A program made the position numbers and the translations under genes. A stretch of 63,409 nt of DNA, filler included, from Chiloscyllium plagiosum (Eukaryota): the NCBI RefSeq assembly GCF_004010195.1. It is 5 parts of one record of this genome, joined end to end, with 100 filler letters (N's around TTAATTAATTAA, not from the genome) between each part and the next. Parts side by side here need not be neighbours in the genome. Positions count along the whole stretch, not along the records: positions 23,794 to 42,498 come from NC_057714.1; 4 more parts are not named here. One strand, 5' to 3'. Of this stretch, positions 25,666 to 37,980 are shown piece after piece; position 1 is the stretch's first letter, and each line of letters opens with the position of its first letter. Under the pieces are notes generated by a model, which was not told where the DNA came from, did not search any database, and saw only the letters and a program-made list of their open reading frames with translations.

Positions 25666-26066
25666 GCTCCCAGCCTTAGATTGGCTGGCATCTAAGGCTG
25701 TCTGAGGTACAGATGTTTGTCCTCCCAAGTCAAGGTTGCAGGATAGATATCCTTTCCTGAGTGGGCTTGCCTTCAGCCCTTTTGGCAGGGAGCCAGTCTG
25801 GCAGGCACCATAGCGTGCTGCAAAATTCAGCCCCTTAACTCAGTTTCTGTCTCCACAGACGCTTCCAGACCTGCTGCTGAGTATTTGCAGCATTCTCCAC
25901 TTTTGTTTCTGTACAAGAAATACTTCGGGAATGCCATGCAGAAAGTACAGAGCTCTCAGCAAATTCAGCAAAAGCAGATTATAACACTGGAATGAAATAA
26001 ATAATGAATGATTTGCAATGACACATGAACCATATAATTTCAAGCAATAGTACAATTTTTCCTTAC

Positions 26067-26148
26067 CTGCAAAAATAGCAAACTAGGCAAGACGTTGTCG
26101 AATGATGGGCTGATGTAAACTGGTTCTGTCATTCTGATTCCCACACCC
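26067..26148 (-). CDS. NSUN6: NSUN6 coding exon 6 (GVGIRMTEPVYISPSFDNVLPSLLFLQ)
   Basis: 82 nt; ttcccag| acceptor and |gtaagg donor. Confidence 0.97.
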
Positions 26149-26454
26149 CTGGGAATGAGCATATGGCAAATGCAGTACTTGAAAAATATTGGACACATCA
26201 GCCACAATTCAAATCTTTAAGCATTTTAATAGGTTTTTTATGAATGCATTAATATTGGTATAAAGGATACCAGCTTCATGTTATATAGGTCTTTGTTATA
26301 CATTCGCTCTACTTTGTGACAAACTTAGAGCTATGTCAGAAAAAAATTAATTTGTAAAAAAATCTGCTTTTGAACTAAATCAAATGGATCTGTTATTGCT
26401 GTTAAAAATCCTGGAATACATGTTAGCTAATGGAACACTGATTTCATCTCAAAA

Positions 26455-27047
26455 AGACCAGAATACAAAGGGGTGCATGTTATGTGGCAGTTCTACAAAG
26501 GTCTGATTAGAAACTATTTAGAGTACACAATGCAGTTGTAAACGCAGTTCAGGAAGAACATTTGTTTTAGGAGAAGTTACAGTGCAGATTCACCGGAATG
26601 ATGTTGGGGCTAGAAGGATTCAACTGGAAGGATAGGTTGCAGAGAACGAGGCATATTTTCCCTTTGAAAATAAAAGCTGAAGGAATGATCTAAATGAAAT
26701 GCTTAGATTGTTTAATGGAGTTTATAGGATAGATAGAGAGAAATCATTTCCATCAGTGAGAGAGTACAGAACAAAGGAGCACAGCCGAAAAGTTAAAGCT
26801 CAGCCACTTAGAAATATTGTCAGGAATTGCATCTTCAAATTTCAGTTAAAATCTACAGGTCTCCCTCCCAAAACTATTGTTGCAGGGTCAATTAAAAATT
26901 TCAAAAATTACTTTGATCGGCTTTAGTTAATGATTACGTAACCAAGATTGGTGGGAGGAGACAGAGGTACAGTTCAGTCAGGATAAAACTGAATAGTGGA
27001 ATGAGATCAGTAGGATGAATGAATTGACCTATTATCTATGATCCTAT
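26455..27047 (+). mobile_element. Old CR1 3' fragment
   Basis: DRIDREK.FP...RTKEH-like ORF; ctatgatcctat tail. Confidence 0.7.
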
Positions 27048-27465
27048 TTTGCGATTTTTTTAAACCAACAGTTCCAGAGATGTTATGAGTTGTTGGAGTT
27101 GTTGGGACTTGAACAAGGGGTTTTTTAGTTCAGAAAAAGGGACACTACCACTGCTCCATAAGATAACCATGATATTCTATGGTTCACGTTCATTTCTAAA
27201 ATACATCGTTAAAAGTTAAAACTCTTTAAACAATTTATGCACCATGTGTGTCCCAAATCTCAAATAATTGTTGGACATGTTACAAAGCTTTTACAAAAGT
27301 CAGGAATAAAATATTCAAGGAGTGGATCACATCTATAATTTATCAAGCACCGTGACAAGATTGATAAGATTAATAGAAATTTTGCTTATGACTCAATATA
27401 TATGGTTATTTTGGAAATAATAAAGCAACTGTGCACAAAAGCACACAATACTTCAAAACATTTAC

Positions 27466-27619
27466 CTTAAAGTGCAATTTGAGGAAAATATTTCATTGCG
27501 ACTTAATTCAGCAATTCCATTCCCTACAAATGTTTTTGATCCCACGAACTCTACTGCACCTCTTTTACACTTGCCACCAATATCGGAATATACAGAAACA
27601 GCATCCCCATCTCTCATTA
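27466..27619 (-). CDS. NSUN6: NSUN6 coding exon 5 (MRDGDAVSVYSDIGGKCKRGA...FVGNGIAELSRNEIFS)
   Basis: 154 nt; tttcag| acceptor and |gtaaat donor. Confidence 0.97.
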
Positions 27620-27970
27620 CTGAAACAAAGGAAGAGCATTTTCATTTTTCTGGATAAATAAATGAGAAGTAAAATGCAAAATCTAGGATTAACTTTGGAC
27701 TTTATAGAAGGATTTTTACACTATTTGTTTGTAACTTTGGTTAGTCTTAATGGGTGAATGCAAAATGATATTTTAGACTTGTTTACATATAGTTCTAACT
27801 CACAATCTCTTTAGACTAAATGAGTAAAGATATCATGTGATATGGCAGTGAACAATATAATTTAGAAAGACTGTACACCAAACCTTTAAACTTATGACAT
27901 GACTGTACACTCCAGAATGAAAATAATTTTCTTCAAAGTGGACCAGTAAGATGATATAAACATAGTTTAC

Positions 27971-28080
27971 GTTTTGGAGCTGAGAGGATGCCAGGGATAA
28001 AAACATGTGCTCCACGAAGTACAGCATTCCCACACTGTGCCCCCACAATCACTTCTATGGAGTGCCTCTGCAGATTTATC
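27971..28080 (-). CDS. NSUN6: NSUN6 coding exon 4 (PUA region, IVGAQCGNAVLRGAHVFIPGILSAPK)
   Basis: 110 nt; tttccag| acceptor and |gtaaac donor. Confidence 0.97.
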
Positions 28081-28289
28081 CTGGAAACAGGAAATAACTG
28101 TTTTCAAACAAATTTCCTTGAATACATAATGTTGAATTAGATTCCTTTCAATCTATTTTGATGCACTCTACAATCTATTTCAAATGTATATTAAGAAAGT
28201 AAGGACAGTTTTATCTTTAAAAAAATTCAAATCATGACTTATTTTAGGGAAAAAAGGATAAGAGATGACAAGGCGCAGGTTAAATTGAG

Positions 28290-28610
28290 GGGTCATGGGT
28301 GGAGATGGGATGGAGAGAGGGGAGAAGAGAAATAGAGAGAAAAAGGAGAGACAGAGAGGGCAGGAGAGATAGAGAATGGAGTGTGTGTGAGAGCGAGAGA
28401 GAGAGGAGAGAAAAAGGGAGGAGAGAAAAAGGGACAGAGTGGGAGAGAGAAAAACAGAGATAAGAGAGAGAGGGAGTGTAAGAGGGAGAATGGAAAAGAA
28501 GTAAGTGCAGGAGGTTGGGCAGAGGAAAGGAGATTGAGCAGGGTGGGGAGAAGTGGTAAGGCAGAGGGAGAACAGTGGGGTATCTGGGAAGGAGAAATGC
28601 AGAAAGTGAA
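28290..28610 (+). repeat. Polypurine (GA-rich) low-complexity tract in NSUN6 intron 3
   Basis: About 320 nt dominated by G and A. Confidence 0.85.
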
Positions 28611-28673
28611 TGAACAACATTAATGAGCGTTCTAGAGTGAATTTCTTTCTTCAATCTTAGTCTATATCCATAC

Positions 28674-28762
28674 CTAGGACCAATAACTGGTATTAGAAGA
28701 ACATCTGGAAGCTCTGGATGTTCCAGTACTGGAATATCACTCATAGGCCATCCTTTACATTG
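28674..28762 (-). CDS. NSUN6: NSUN6 coding exon 3 (QCKGWPMSDIPVLEHPELPDVLLIPVIGP)
   Basis: 89 nt; tttatag| acceptor and |gtatgg donor; HP.L.DVLLIPVIGPR motif. Confidence 0.95.
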
Positions 28763-30494
28763 CTATAAATTAAGTAATATAGTTAAGTCAATCTTCAAAG
28801 TCACCAAAATATTTTTAATTTTAACAATATATATAATTTTGCGAAATTCTCTTAAAACCTTGAGTGAATTAAACATAAATAATTCTCATACACTAATTTA
28901 GTTTCTTCTTCAAAAGCATGCAGCATGCTTTTAAATGAACGATTCCTTGCTTCTAAAAATATATTCCTTGCTTTAGGCTTCTTCTGCTCTAAGCTCAGTA
29001 CTGAATAACATCTCATTACTTATAACTATATTCTATAAAATATACAGAGATCAGACAAGAACATAGCTAATGGCAGAGCAAGCTTGTAGGGCAAAATAAT
29101 CTACTTCTACATCTAATTGATAAGAACATAGGAACAGGAGAAGGCCATTCAACCCCGTAAGTCTGTTTCACCTTTCAATGTGATCATGGCTGATCTGTGG
29201 CTTAACTCCATATATATGCCTTGGCCAATATCCCTTAATACCTCTGCTTAGAATTGCTTTTAACATCTCTCCAAATAGTCTGGCCTTAATTCTCAGACTA
29301 TGCCTCCTAGTTCCAGAATCCACAATCAATCAATCTAAATAGTTTATCTTTATCTACCTGGTCTTTTACAATTAATATATTGAAGACTTTGATCAGATCA
29401 TCTCTTAAACCTTCTAAATTCTAGAGAAAACAGGACTAATTTATATAATCTCTCCTCATAACTTAACCTCTTAAGTCCAGGTATCATTCTCTAAACCTAC
29501 AAGTCCAATCATGCATGTTTACAATGCAGGAGAGTTTCATTTGGACCAGACAAGTAAAGCAGGCATTATACTGAACTCTCAATTCATCTCTTTGGAAGAA
29601 TACAGTCAAATAAAGCATCAATTATAAAGAGACAATGAATATCTAGTTTTTCAAAACCTCCGTGACTAGTGTTTTGTGATGGCATGATTTGCTTTAAGGA
29701 AAATTTCGACTTCAGTTTACTGATATTCTTAGCATTTTTGAATTGAACAGTTTTATCATTCACTTCAGAAAGTTTGCAACCCATGCACTTTTGCTTTGTA
29801 CTCCCCAGAAAGCCAGTAAGTAAGACCAAAGTGTTCAAAAGTTTGATTGTTTGCCAAAAAAGGTGCTTTCTGCCTTTCGAATCCATTTTATTTGCTCTTA
29901 AATGTGCATCTGATTGTAAACAAATGTGGTGATTTTAACTAGCAATTTCCAATATTACAAATTTTTTGCCACAGAGTATCAATGACAAATATTTTTTTAA
30001 AAATCAGCAAACAATCAACATATTAATTATCAGTCATTCCCAATTTCCTGAAGGACAGACAGGTAATTTCTCTGTCTGAAATTGTATCTCAACGCATTTC
30101 ATTGGAGTTTGTGCAGGTGTGTGAAAATCTCTTGGGAAATTAGACAGATATACATCTTCAATCAACTTGCAACATAACATGCCAATGGCACACAACTGTA
30201 CACACAAAACATAAATTGTATAGGTACTTAAACTAAAATAAATAATTTTGTACTCCTAAACTTCATAACTCAACAATTTAATTAGAACAACTTGCTGGTA
30301 ACTTTTGTAAACAAATTAATCATCGTGTTGTTCTGAACCTCATTTTGATGTAAATTCATTTTGATAGTTAACATATTACATTCAGACAAAATATTGTAGA
30401 GAAAAGAAAACGAGATAGCAAATCTGGTTAGCCTGGTGAAGTCACAGAATGATTTAACATCTTTAAAATATGAACAAACTGAAGCAGATCAAAC

Positions 30495-30650
30495 CTTCTG
30501 GAGCTCTTCAGTCAACAGCTTTTTAACTTGATCAGTGGATGCTGCACAAGTATTGACCCTAATGCACGTGAAAGCTGGAGGATGCGATAAACGGCTCAGT
30601 AGAGATTCAAATTTAAAGTTGGACTGTTCAGATTGTATATTTGCCAGAAT
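30495..30650 (-). CDS. NSUN6: NSUN6 coding exon 2 (ILANIQSEQ...LSHPPAFTCIRVNT...EELQK)
   Basis: 156 nt; tttttag| acceptor and |gtttga donor; LSHPP..T..RVNT motif. Confidence 0.96.
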
Positions 30651-31099
30651 CTAAAAATACAACAATATTCTCAAAATAAAGAATTTAAAAAAACATGATT
30701 AAGTGGTACAGTAAAGTCAGTTTTTAGGTGCATTGAGTAAACAATTATAAGACTTAAAGACCCAGCAAATGCATTAGGAAGATGATTGTTGTTGAAGTGT
30801 AGGTACCAGTTGCATTTTGGGACCATATGGGAGTACTAATGCAGCTGATTCCATAGGAATTATCAGTAAGGTTAATTTTGGAAATCCCAGTTGAAATTAG
30901 CGACCTCACCTCAGAGAGTTCTACTTCACTTACCTTACAGTTAACTAGGAAAAATCGGAGTGATGAAGTCTTGTTCTAATTCCTAGCCAACTGTAAAACT
31001 GAAACTGATTCACCATTGATCTTCCACAAGCGCCAGATTCTCCCACTGTGACTTATGAAAGCCACCCCTCACCCTGGTTCCAGATCCACACTAAATCAT

Positions 31100-31445
31100 A
31101 AAATTCCTGCAGTGTGGATAGAGGCTATTTAACCCACTGACTATGCACAACCCTCCAAGGAGCATCCCATTCAAACCCACCTCCTACCATGTCACTGTAT
31201 ACCCACATTTACCACGGCTAATCCACTCAATCTGCACATCATGGACACCACGGGGTAATTTAGGATGAACAATCCACTTAATCTGCATGTGTTTCGATGG
31301 TGTGAAGAAACCGGAGCAACCAGTGGAAAGCCCCTCAGACACAGGGAGAACGTGCAAACTTCACACAATCACCTAAGGCTGGAATTGGACTCAGGCCTCT
31401 GGTGGTGTGAGCCAGCAGAGCTAACCACTGTGTTACCATACTGCC
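31100..31445 (-). mobile_element. Diverged HE1-type V-SINE
   Basis: Reverse complement of the V-domain (gaaaccggagcaacc...gagaacgtgcaaacttcacaca) and of the tRNA head. Confidence 0.75.
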
Positions 31446-32224
31446 CAGAACTGAAACCATACCGAACTGCAACCATAAACCAGCAGACATTTGACTCTCT
31501 CACACTGATTCCACAACCCTTGCACTCCACCCCCCTCACTTACTGTCTCTAAATAATTGCTGCAGTGTCCTTTAAACCAAGATAAACAACATCTGCTGGT
31601 GCAAAAGGGGGCATGGTTACAGTGCCAATTCACACCATTGCTGTCTGCGGAGTCCTTGAATGGACTATACTGCAGATCTGCCATGGAACGTTGTCTAGAA
31701 AACACCTCTAAAAGTAAGCAGGACCATTTGCAAGAATACTGACCCAAGGGCAAAACTGATATTTACCCTGCAATGAGAAGATAATGATGATTTATTGACC
31801 AATGGACTTTGACTGGTAGCGATGCTACTATACAGAATGTAGCCATTAATAATGATTGACAGTTAACTGCATACTTTATTTAAATTTCAAACCAGGGAGG
31901 TTGACTCTGATTGTTTACAGCATTGTCCTGAGAAATCAACCAGTGAATGGCTATTACCTATTTCATAGAGTTGAAACAGGTGCAGTGCCTATACATGTAT
32001 ATGTTCCTTCCATCTGCAGAGAACAGGGCCTTGTGTATCAATTTATGTCAATATAGTTGTTTCAGCATTATTCTTTGCACATTCAGGATTATCCAGCAAA
32101 TTTTGTCCGAATTCAGAAGCACTTCAAGTTGAATATCTGCTGACTATTTTGTAGTTGGGTACAGCTAGTACTTTGCTTGTTGCAATCAGCAGAAAAGGAC
32201 TTGCTGTTTGATGCAATTCATCAG

Positions 32225-32968
32225 ACATTGGAAAGGAATTGAGACATTATGTTGAGGTTGTACAGGACATTGGTGACACCTCTTCTGGAATATTGTGTCC
32301 AGTTCTGGTCACCCACTTATAGAAAGGATATTATCAAACTGGAGAGGGTTCAGAATTGATTTATCAGGGTGTTGTCGAGTTTGGAAGATTTGAGTTATAA
32401 AGAAAGGGATGGATAATGCTGGGATAATCAGGTAATCCTTGCCCTCATGCAGGAAGACCAAGACAACATTCAGGCTTGGATTAATTAGTGACAAGTAACA
32501 TTCACCCCATACAAGTGCCATGCAATGACCACCTCCATGGAAGACATTTTATCTATCCTCCCTTGGTGTTCATTGACATTATTTTCACTGGAGGCATAGG
32601 AGGTTGAGAGATGACCTGATAGAAGTTTATAAAATAATCGAGGTATAGATAGAGTTGATGGTAGTCGTCTTTTCCCTAAGATGGGGAATTTAAAGACTAG
32701 GGGGCACATTTTTGGGTGAGAGGAAAGAGATTTAAAAAAAAGACAAGAGGGGCAAATGTTTTACACAGAAGGTAGCTCACATGTGGAATGAACTTCCTGA
32801 GGAAGTGGTGGATGCAGGTACAATGACAACATTTAAAGATATTTAGATGGATACATGAATAGGAATGGTTTGGAGGGATACGGTCCAGAAGGCAAATGGG
32901 ACTTTGCTTTGGAATTATGTTTGGCTGGTTGGACAGAAGGGTCTGTTTCCATGCTGTATGACTCTATG
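32225..32968 (+). mobile_element. CR1 3' fragment carrying a foreign 160-bp insert
   Basis: LEYCVQFWSP...; tail ctgtatgactctatg. Confidence 0.88.
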
Positions 32969-33417
32969 CTTGATCTTCCCAATTGGTATTCTTGTGAATT
33001 ATGCTGATCAGTGCCAAACAAAAAGCTTTGACAAAATGTGCCTTTTCTCAGTTATACACAAACTGATGTTTTAATCAGTGAAGATCATATTCAATGATTG
33101 AAAACTAATTACAGTGCTGCAAAAATCCAACCATGTTTTACATTATTTTTGGTTTTGTATTATACATAAACGTACTACTTAAAGGAATTCAGGAATGAAA
33201 TACTTAAATTATTTCACAAAAATTATTTTGAATATTCGGGTTCTAATTTGTTCATTCCCTTTTACATTACAAAGAATTTTAGCAATCACTACAGTCTAAA
33301 TACGTGCCTTAGTAACTTATGTCATTGAGTCAGAGCACTATCTGGTATTTCATAACTTTTAATAGTATCTTTTCAATTTACTTCTTCTGAATGCCACTTC
33401 TTTAAAAGGATCATTAC

Positions 33418-33495
33418 CTCTTTATTCTTAAAGACACTTAGGAGATATGCCTCCACCTCTGGCTTCAGAGAAATTCTGGGGAACACTAGGACCAT
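33418..33495 (-). CDS. NSUN6: NSUN6 coding exon 1 (MVLVFPRISLKPEVEAYLLSVFKNKE)
   Basis: ATG at 33495-33493; donor GAG|gtaatg at 33417; acceptor ttttatttcag| opens the exon at 33530. Confidence 0.93.
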
Positions 33496-33774
33496 TTTGC
33501 TGTATTCAGTGGCTTCGAACCCAGGTTTCACTGAAATAAAATAACAAATACAGGTCAAACTGTACAAAAATCTGTAGCATTTTTCCCCAAGAGTACAGGG
33601 TTAATTTCAATTCAAGATATTAGTAAACTGCAACTAAACAGTAGTGTGTTCTAACTTACTGATACTGAAAAGATGTCACTGAAGGTTGGAGATGCTACAG
33701 TCAGATTTTTAAACAAATTAAATGCTTAGACAACTGAATTCCAGAAATAAGGTGCGTCACCACCCATAATATTA

Positions 33775-34740
33775 AAAAAAATTGACAAAGTGTGACAAAA
33801 AGGAGCCCAAGTGAAAAAGAAGTCAGTGGGAATCAAAGGGAAAACTCTGCACGAAAACTAGCATAGAGGAAGGTCGTTATGATTGTTGCAGGCTGGTTGT
33901 GGCTGTCAGAGGCTACTCATCAGCCTCAAGGGACTGTGGCAGGAGTTCGTCAGGACAGTGTTCCAGCCCAACCATCTTCAGTTGCTTCATCAATGATAAA
34001 CTTTCCATCAGTAAGGTCAAGAGTGGGAATGTTAGCTGATGATGGCATAGTGTTCAGAACTATTTGCACTTCCTCAGATAATCAGGTAATCCTTGCCCTC
34101 ATGCAGGAAGACCAAGACAACATTCAGGCTTGGATTAATTAGTGACAAGTAACATTCACCCCATACAAGTGCCATGCAATGACCACCTCCATGGAAGACA
34201 TTTTATCTATCCTCCCTTGGTGTTCATTGACATTATACAATTCCCAAATATCAGAAGCTGGAGATTGCTATTGACTAGAAACTTAACTGGACAAGCCATA
34301 AAATACTGTGGTAATAAAAGCAGGTCAGATGCAGGAAATACTGTAGCAGATACTAACCCCCTGACTCCCCAAACTCTACCAACATCTATAAGCCACAAGT
34401 CAACAATGTAATGGAACACAATTCACTTATCTGGATGAGTGCAATTCAAACAACATTCAATAGGCTCAACATTATCCCACTCAACTGGCATTTTATCCAC
34501 CACCTTAACCATTCGTTCCAACATACCATCTGCAAGATGTACTACAATAACTGACTAAGCCTTATTCAACAGGACTTTCCAAACGTGAAACCTCTATCAT
34601 CTCTAATTAACAAGTGTATTCCCAAGCTTCCATTACTAAAATTGTCAAGCTCCAAGCAAAGTCAAATATTATTCTGACTTAGAATGACATATTGTTCCTC
34701 TACTATTGCTGAGTTAAAATCCTGAAACTCCTTTCCTTAC
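33775..34740 (+). mobile_element. Old CR1-type LINE RT fragment
   Basis: Decayed AGVRQDSV.., LADDG, QEDQDNIQAW. Confidence 0.7.
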
Positions 34741-35409
34741 CGCAATAAAAGTGTACCTAAACACAGGGAATACAAAGGTTTGATGCAATTAGGTGCCGAA
34801 CTGCCGCAAAAGAGAGAGCATCCCTTCTTCCAGGAAAATTGTAAATCAGTTTTTCAAAAATGAATTCCTTTACCTAAAGTACTTATTTTTATTCCTTAGC
34901 ATTTTCAAACATTCACAAGCACAGCAAAATAACAGGAAACCTGCACCAACCGGATAGAAAGGCAGTGGGTAACATGCAAGAAGGATTTACCAATATCCTA
35001 ACAAAAATAAGAAAAGCATTACATTCAGGAAAAGCTAAGTAAACTGTGGCTGTGTTGTCAGAACAGAAAAATTCTGAAGTTGTGACCTGGTCAAATTCTT
35101 TAAGGTTATGAAGAGCTTACTTGAGAAAGGACGTACTGGCACTGGAGGGGGTTCACAGAAGGTTCACTAGGTTGATCCGGAGTTGAGATGGTTATGAATC
35201 TGTGGAATTTCCTGCCCAGTGAAGCAGCTGAGGTTACCTCATTGAATGGTTTGAAGGCAGATAGAATTTTGAACAGTAAAGGAATTAACAGTTCTGGTGG
35301 GTGGTGGATAAGTGGAGCTGAGTCCACAAAAAGATCAGCCATGATCTTGTTGAATAGCAGAGCTGGCTCGATGAGCCTGATGGCCTACTCCTGCTCATAG
35401 TTCTTATGT

Positions 35410-35722
35410 TCACGGTAACTCAGTGGTTATCACTGCTGCCTCACAGCACCAGGGTCCCAGGTTCGATTCCAGCCTCGGGTGACTGTCTGTGTGGAGTTTG
35501 CACATTGTCCCGGTGTCTGCGTGCATTTCCTCCAGGTGCTCCGGTTTCGTCCCACAGTCCAAAGATGTGCAGGTTAGGTGAATTGGCCATGCTAAATTGC
35601 CCATAGTGTTAGGTGCATTAGTCAGAGGGAAATGGATCTGGGTGGGTTACTCTTCGGAGGGTCGGTGTGGACTTGTTGGGCCAAAGGGCCTGTTTCCACA
35701 CTGTAGGGAATCTAATCTAATC
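35410..35722 (+). mobile_element. HE1-type elasmobranch V-SINE
   Basis: tRNA head (ctcagtggtt...ggttcgattcc); V-domain tgtgtggagtttgcac...gctccggtttc..cccacagtccaaagatgtgcagg; CR1-like tail gggccaaagggcctgtttcc. Confidence 0.88.
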
Positions 35723-36329
35723 TTATAATTCAATGTACGAGCTACAGAAGATGCTTATACTCAGGGGAGAGTTTAGAATTAGGAACCATAAACATATGAT
35801 GGTAGCTAATGCACCCAATATAAGAATGGAGGAGAAATATCTTTATCCACAGAGCAGTTGGGATTTTGCTCTGACATTTGTCATTTCAATAATCTGCTGA
35901 ACTCATTCAGTGAAAAGTTCTGGATAGCATAGTGACTTAACACTCACTGATGGGTTGGAGAGAATCTCAAATTCCTCAGCACCAAAATAACACAGTGGAA
36001 GTTTTCATGGATCCCAGAAGAGCGCTTTAGACATGGGACCATGCTACTCTACTTTCCAAATTGTAATATTACAGAGTTTGAGAAATTGCTTTTTCATTGT
36101 TCTGAAGTTCTGTTATAGACAGGAAGCAATTTGCATGTTTGGATTTGACCTATTCAGATGTACTTAGTATTAAATGCAGAGTACAACAAGGCTCCATTCT
36201 TGCTCTATTTCTTCCTATCTCCATCAATGACATGGTAGGTCATCTCCTTTCTGTATTACATTCACTCATGAAATGAATGTATTGTACCCAATCTCTAGCA
36301 TAGAGGAATATTTCTTTAAGTAAAGCAGG

Positions 36330-37910
36330 TGTCTAAAGTTTGTGTAAAGATTTATAGCTCGAGTTCTGATTGTTGTGGTTGTGGGTATGTTTGCCGAGCT
36401 GCAAAGTTGATTTGCAGACGTCATATTCCCTGTCTAGGTGACATCTTCAGTGCTTTGAAGCCTCCTGTGTGCTGCTGACATGCGTCTTCTGGAATTTATT
36501 TGGTTCCATTTCTGCTGCTTCTGGTTATTTGTTGTCGTGGCTGGTATATCCAAATACTCCATACAATCATCACAGGAATTCCTAGACAACATCAAGAACA
36601 CAAACATAGACAAGAACGAAGCAATGGTCTCATGTGATGTAACGGCACTGTTCACTTCAATTGACAAAACTCTAGCCAAAGAGACAATAGCCAAGCTCCT
36701 GGACAGATAGAAAAGACAACACGATGGGGAACCTATCAATACGGACTGCATACTCAAACTACTAGACCTGTGCATGATGACACACTTCACATTCAACAAC
36801 CAAATATATGATCAGATCAATGGAACACCTATGGGATCACCCATCTCTGGGCTCATAGCAGAAGCAGTGATGCAAAGACTGGAACAAGCAACCCTACCAC
36901 AAGTCCAACCCAAACTCTGGATCAGCGATGTAGACGACACTTTTGTTATCATTAAGAGCACAGAAATTGAGAACACACACCAAATCATCAACACCATACT
37001 GAAAGGGATCATATTTACGAGGGAGGAGGAAACTAACAATCAACCTCCATTCCTGGGTTGATGGTACAAAGAACACAGAATAGTGAATGCTCCATAAAAG
37101 TGTACAGGAAAGCCACACACACACACACACACCGACCAGGTCCTGAATTACTACGGCAACCACACAAATACACACAAGAGAAGCTGCATTAGGACACCGT
37201 TCAAAAGGGCTACAACACAGTGCAGCACTCCCGATCTACGAAGGGAAGAAGAAGAGCACCTCTACAGAGTCTTCGCGAAGACTGGATATCCCCATTACTT
37301 CATCCGCAGATACCCAACAGACAAACAACGTGACGAAGACATGCCACCTTATATAAAAAACATCTGTGAACTGACAGCCAGACTTCTCCGACCACTGGGA
37401 TTCATGACAGTCCATAAACCAACAGCCATGCTCAGACAACAACTTACCAGGATAAAAGACCCGATACCCATCATGTGCAAGACTAACGTAATTTACAAGA
37501 TTCCATGCAAAGACTGCATGAAACTCTATATAGGGCAAACAGGCAGACAACTAGCAATCTGCATCCATGAACACCAACTAGCCACTAAATGCCATGACCA
37601 GCTGTCCCTGGTAACCATGCATATAGATGACAGGGACCACAAATTCGACTGGGACAACAGAACGATCATAGGACAAGCTAAACAGAGGACAGCCGGAGAA
37701 TTTCTGGAAGCATGGTCTCATCCACAGACTCTTACAACAAACCCATTGACCTAGACCAATATACAGCCCACTATAAAAGGTACAACTGGAACTGGAAGCA
37801 GCAGAAATGGAACCAAATAAATTCCAAGAGACACAGTACAGCAGTACTTCACAGGAGGCTCCAAAAAATCTGCAAATCAACTTCCCAGCTCGGCAAACAT
37901 ACCCACAACC
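36330..37910 (+). mobile_element. Penelope-like element (RT and GIY-YIG) with an inverted 5' copy of its 3' end
   Basis: SCDVTALFT, QINGTPMGSPISG, DVDDTF, NVIYKIPC..C...YIGQTGR...IHEH; 36330-36540 is an inverted copy of about 37780-37910. Confidence 0.92.
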
Positions 37911-37980
37911 ATGAAGAAGGTTCACCTGGCTATCATCATGTTTGCTTCCTGAACGTGTAGAGGGAAGGGGTCCATAACAA

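Noticed and set aside
28180..28744. Leu/Ser-rich ORFs of 146 and 154 aa
   Set aside because: These are read-through from NSUN6 exon 3 into a CT-rich low-complexity intron tract.
35410..35480. tRNA gene
   Set aside because: The A/B boxes belong to the tRNA-derived head of an HE1-type SINE; no complete cloverleaf is present.
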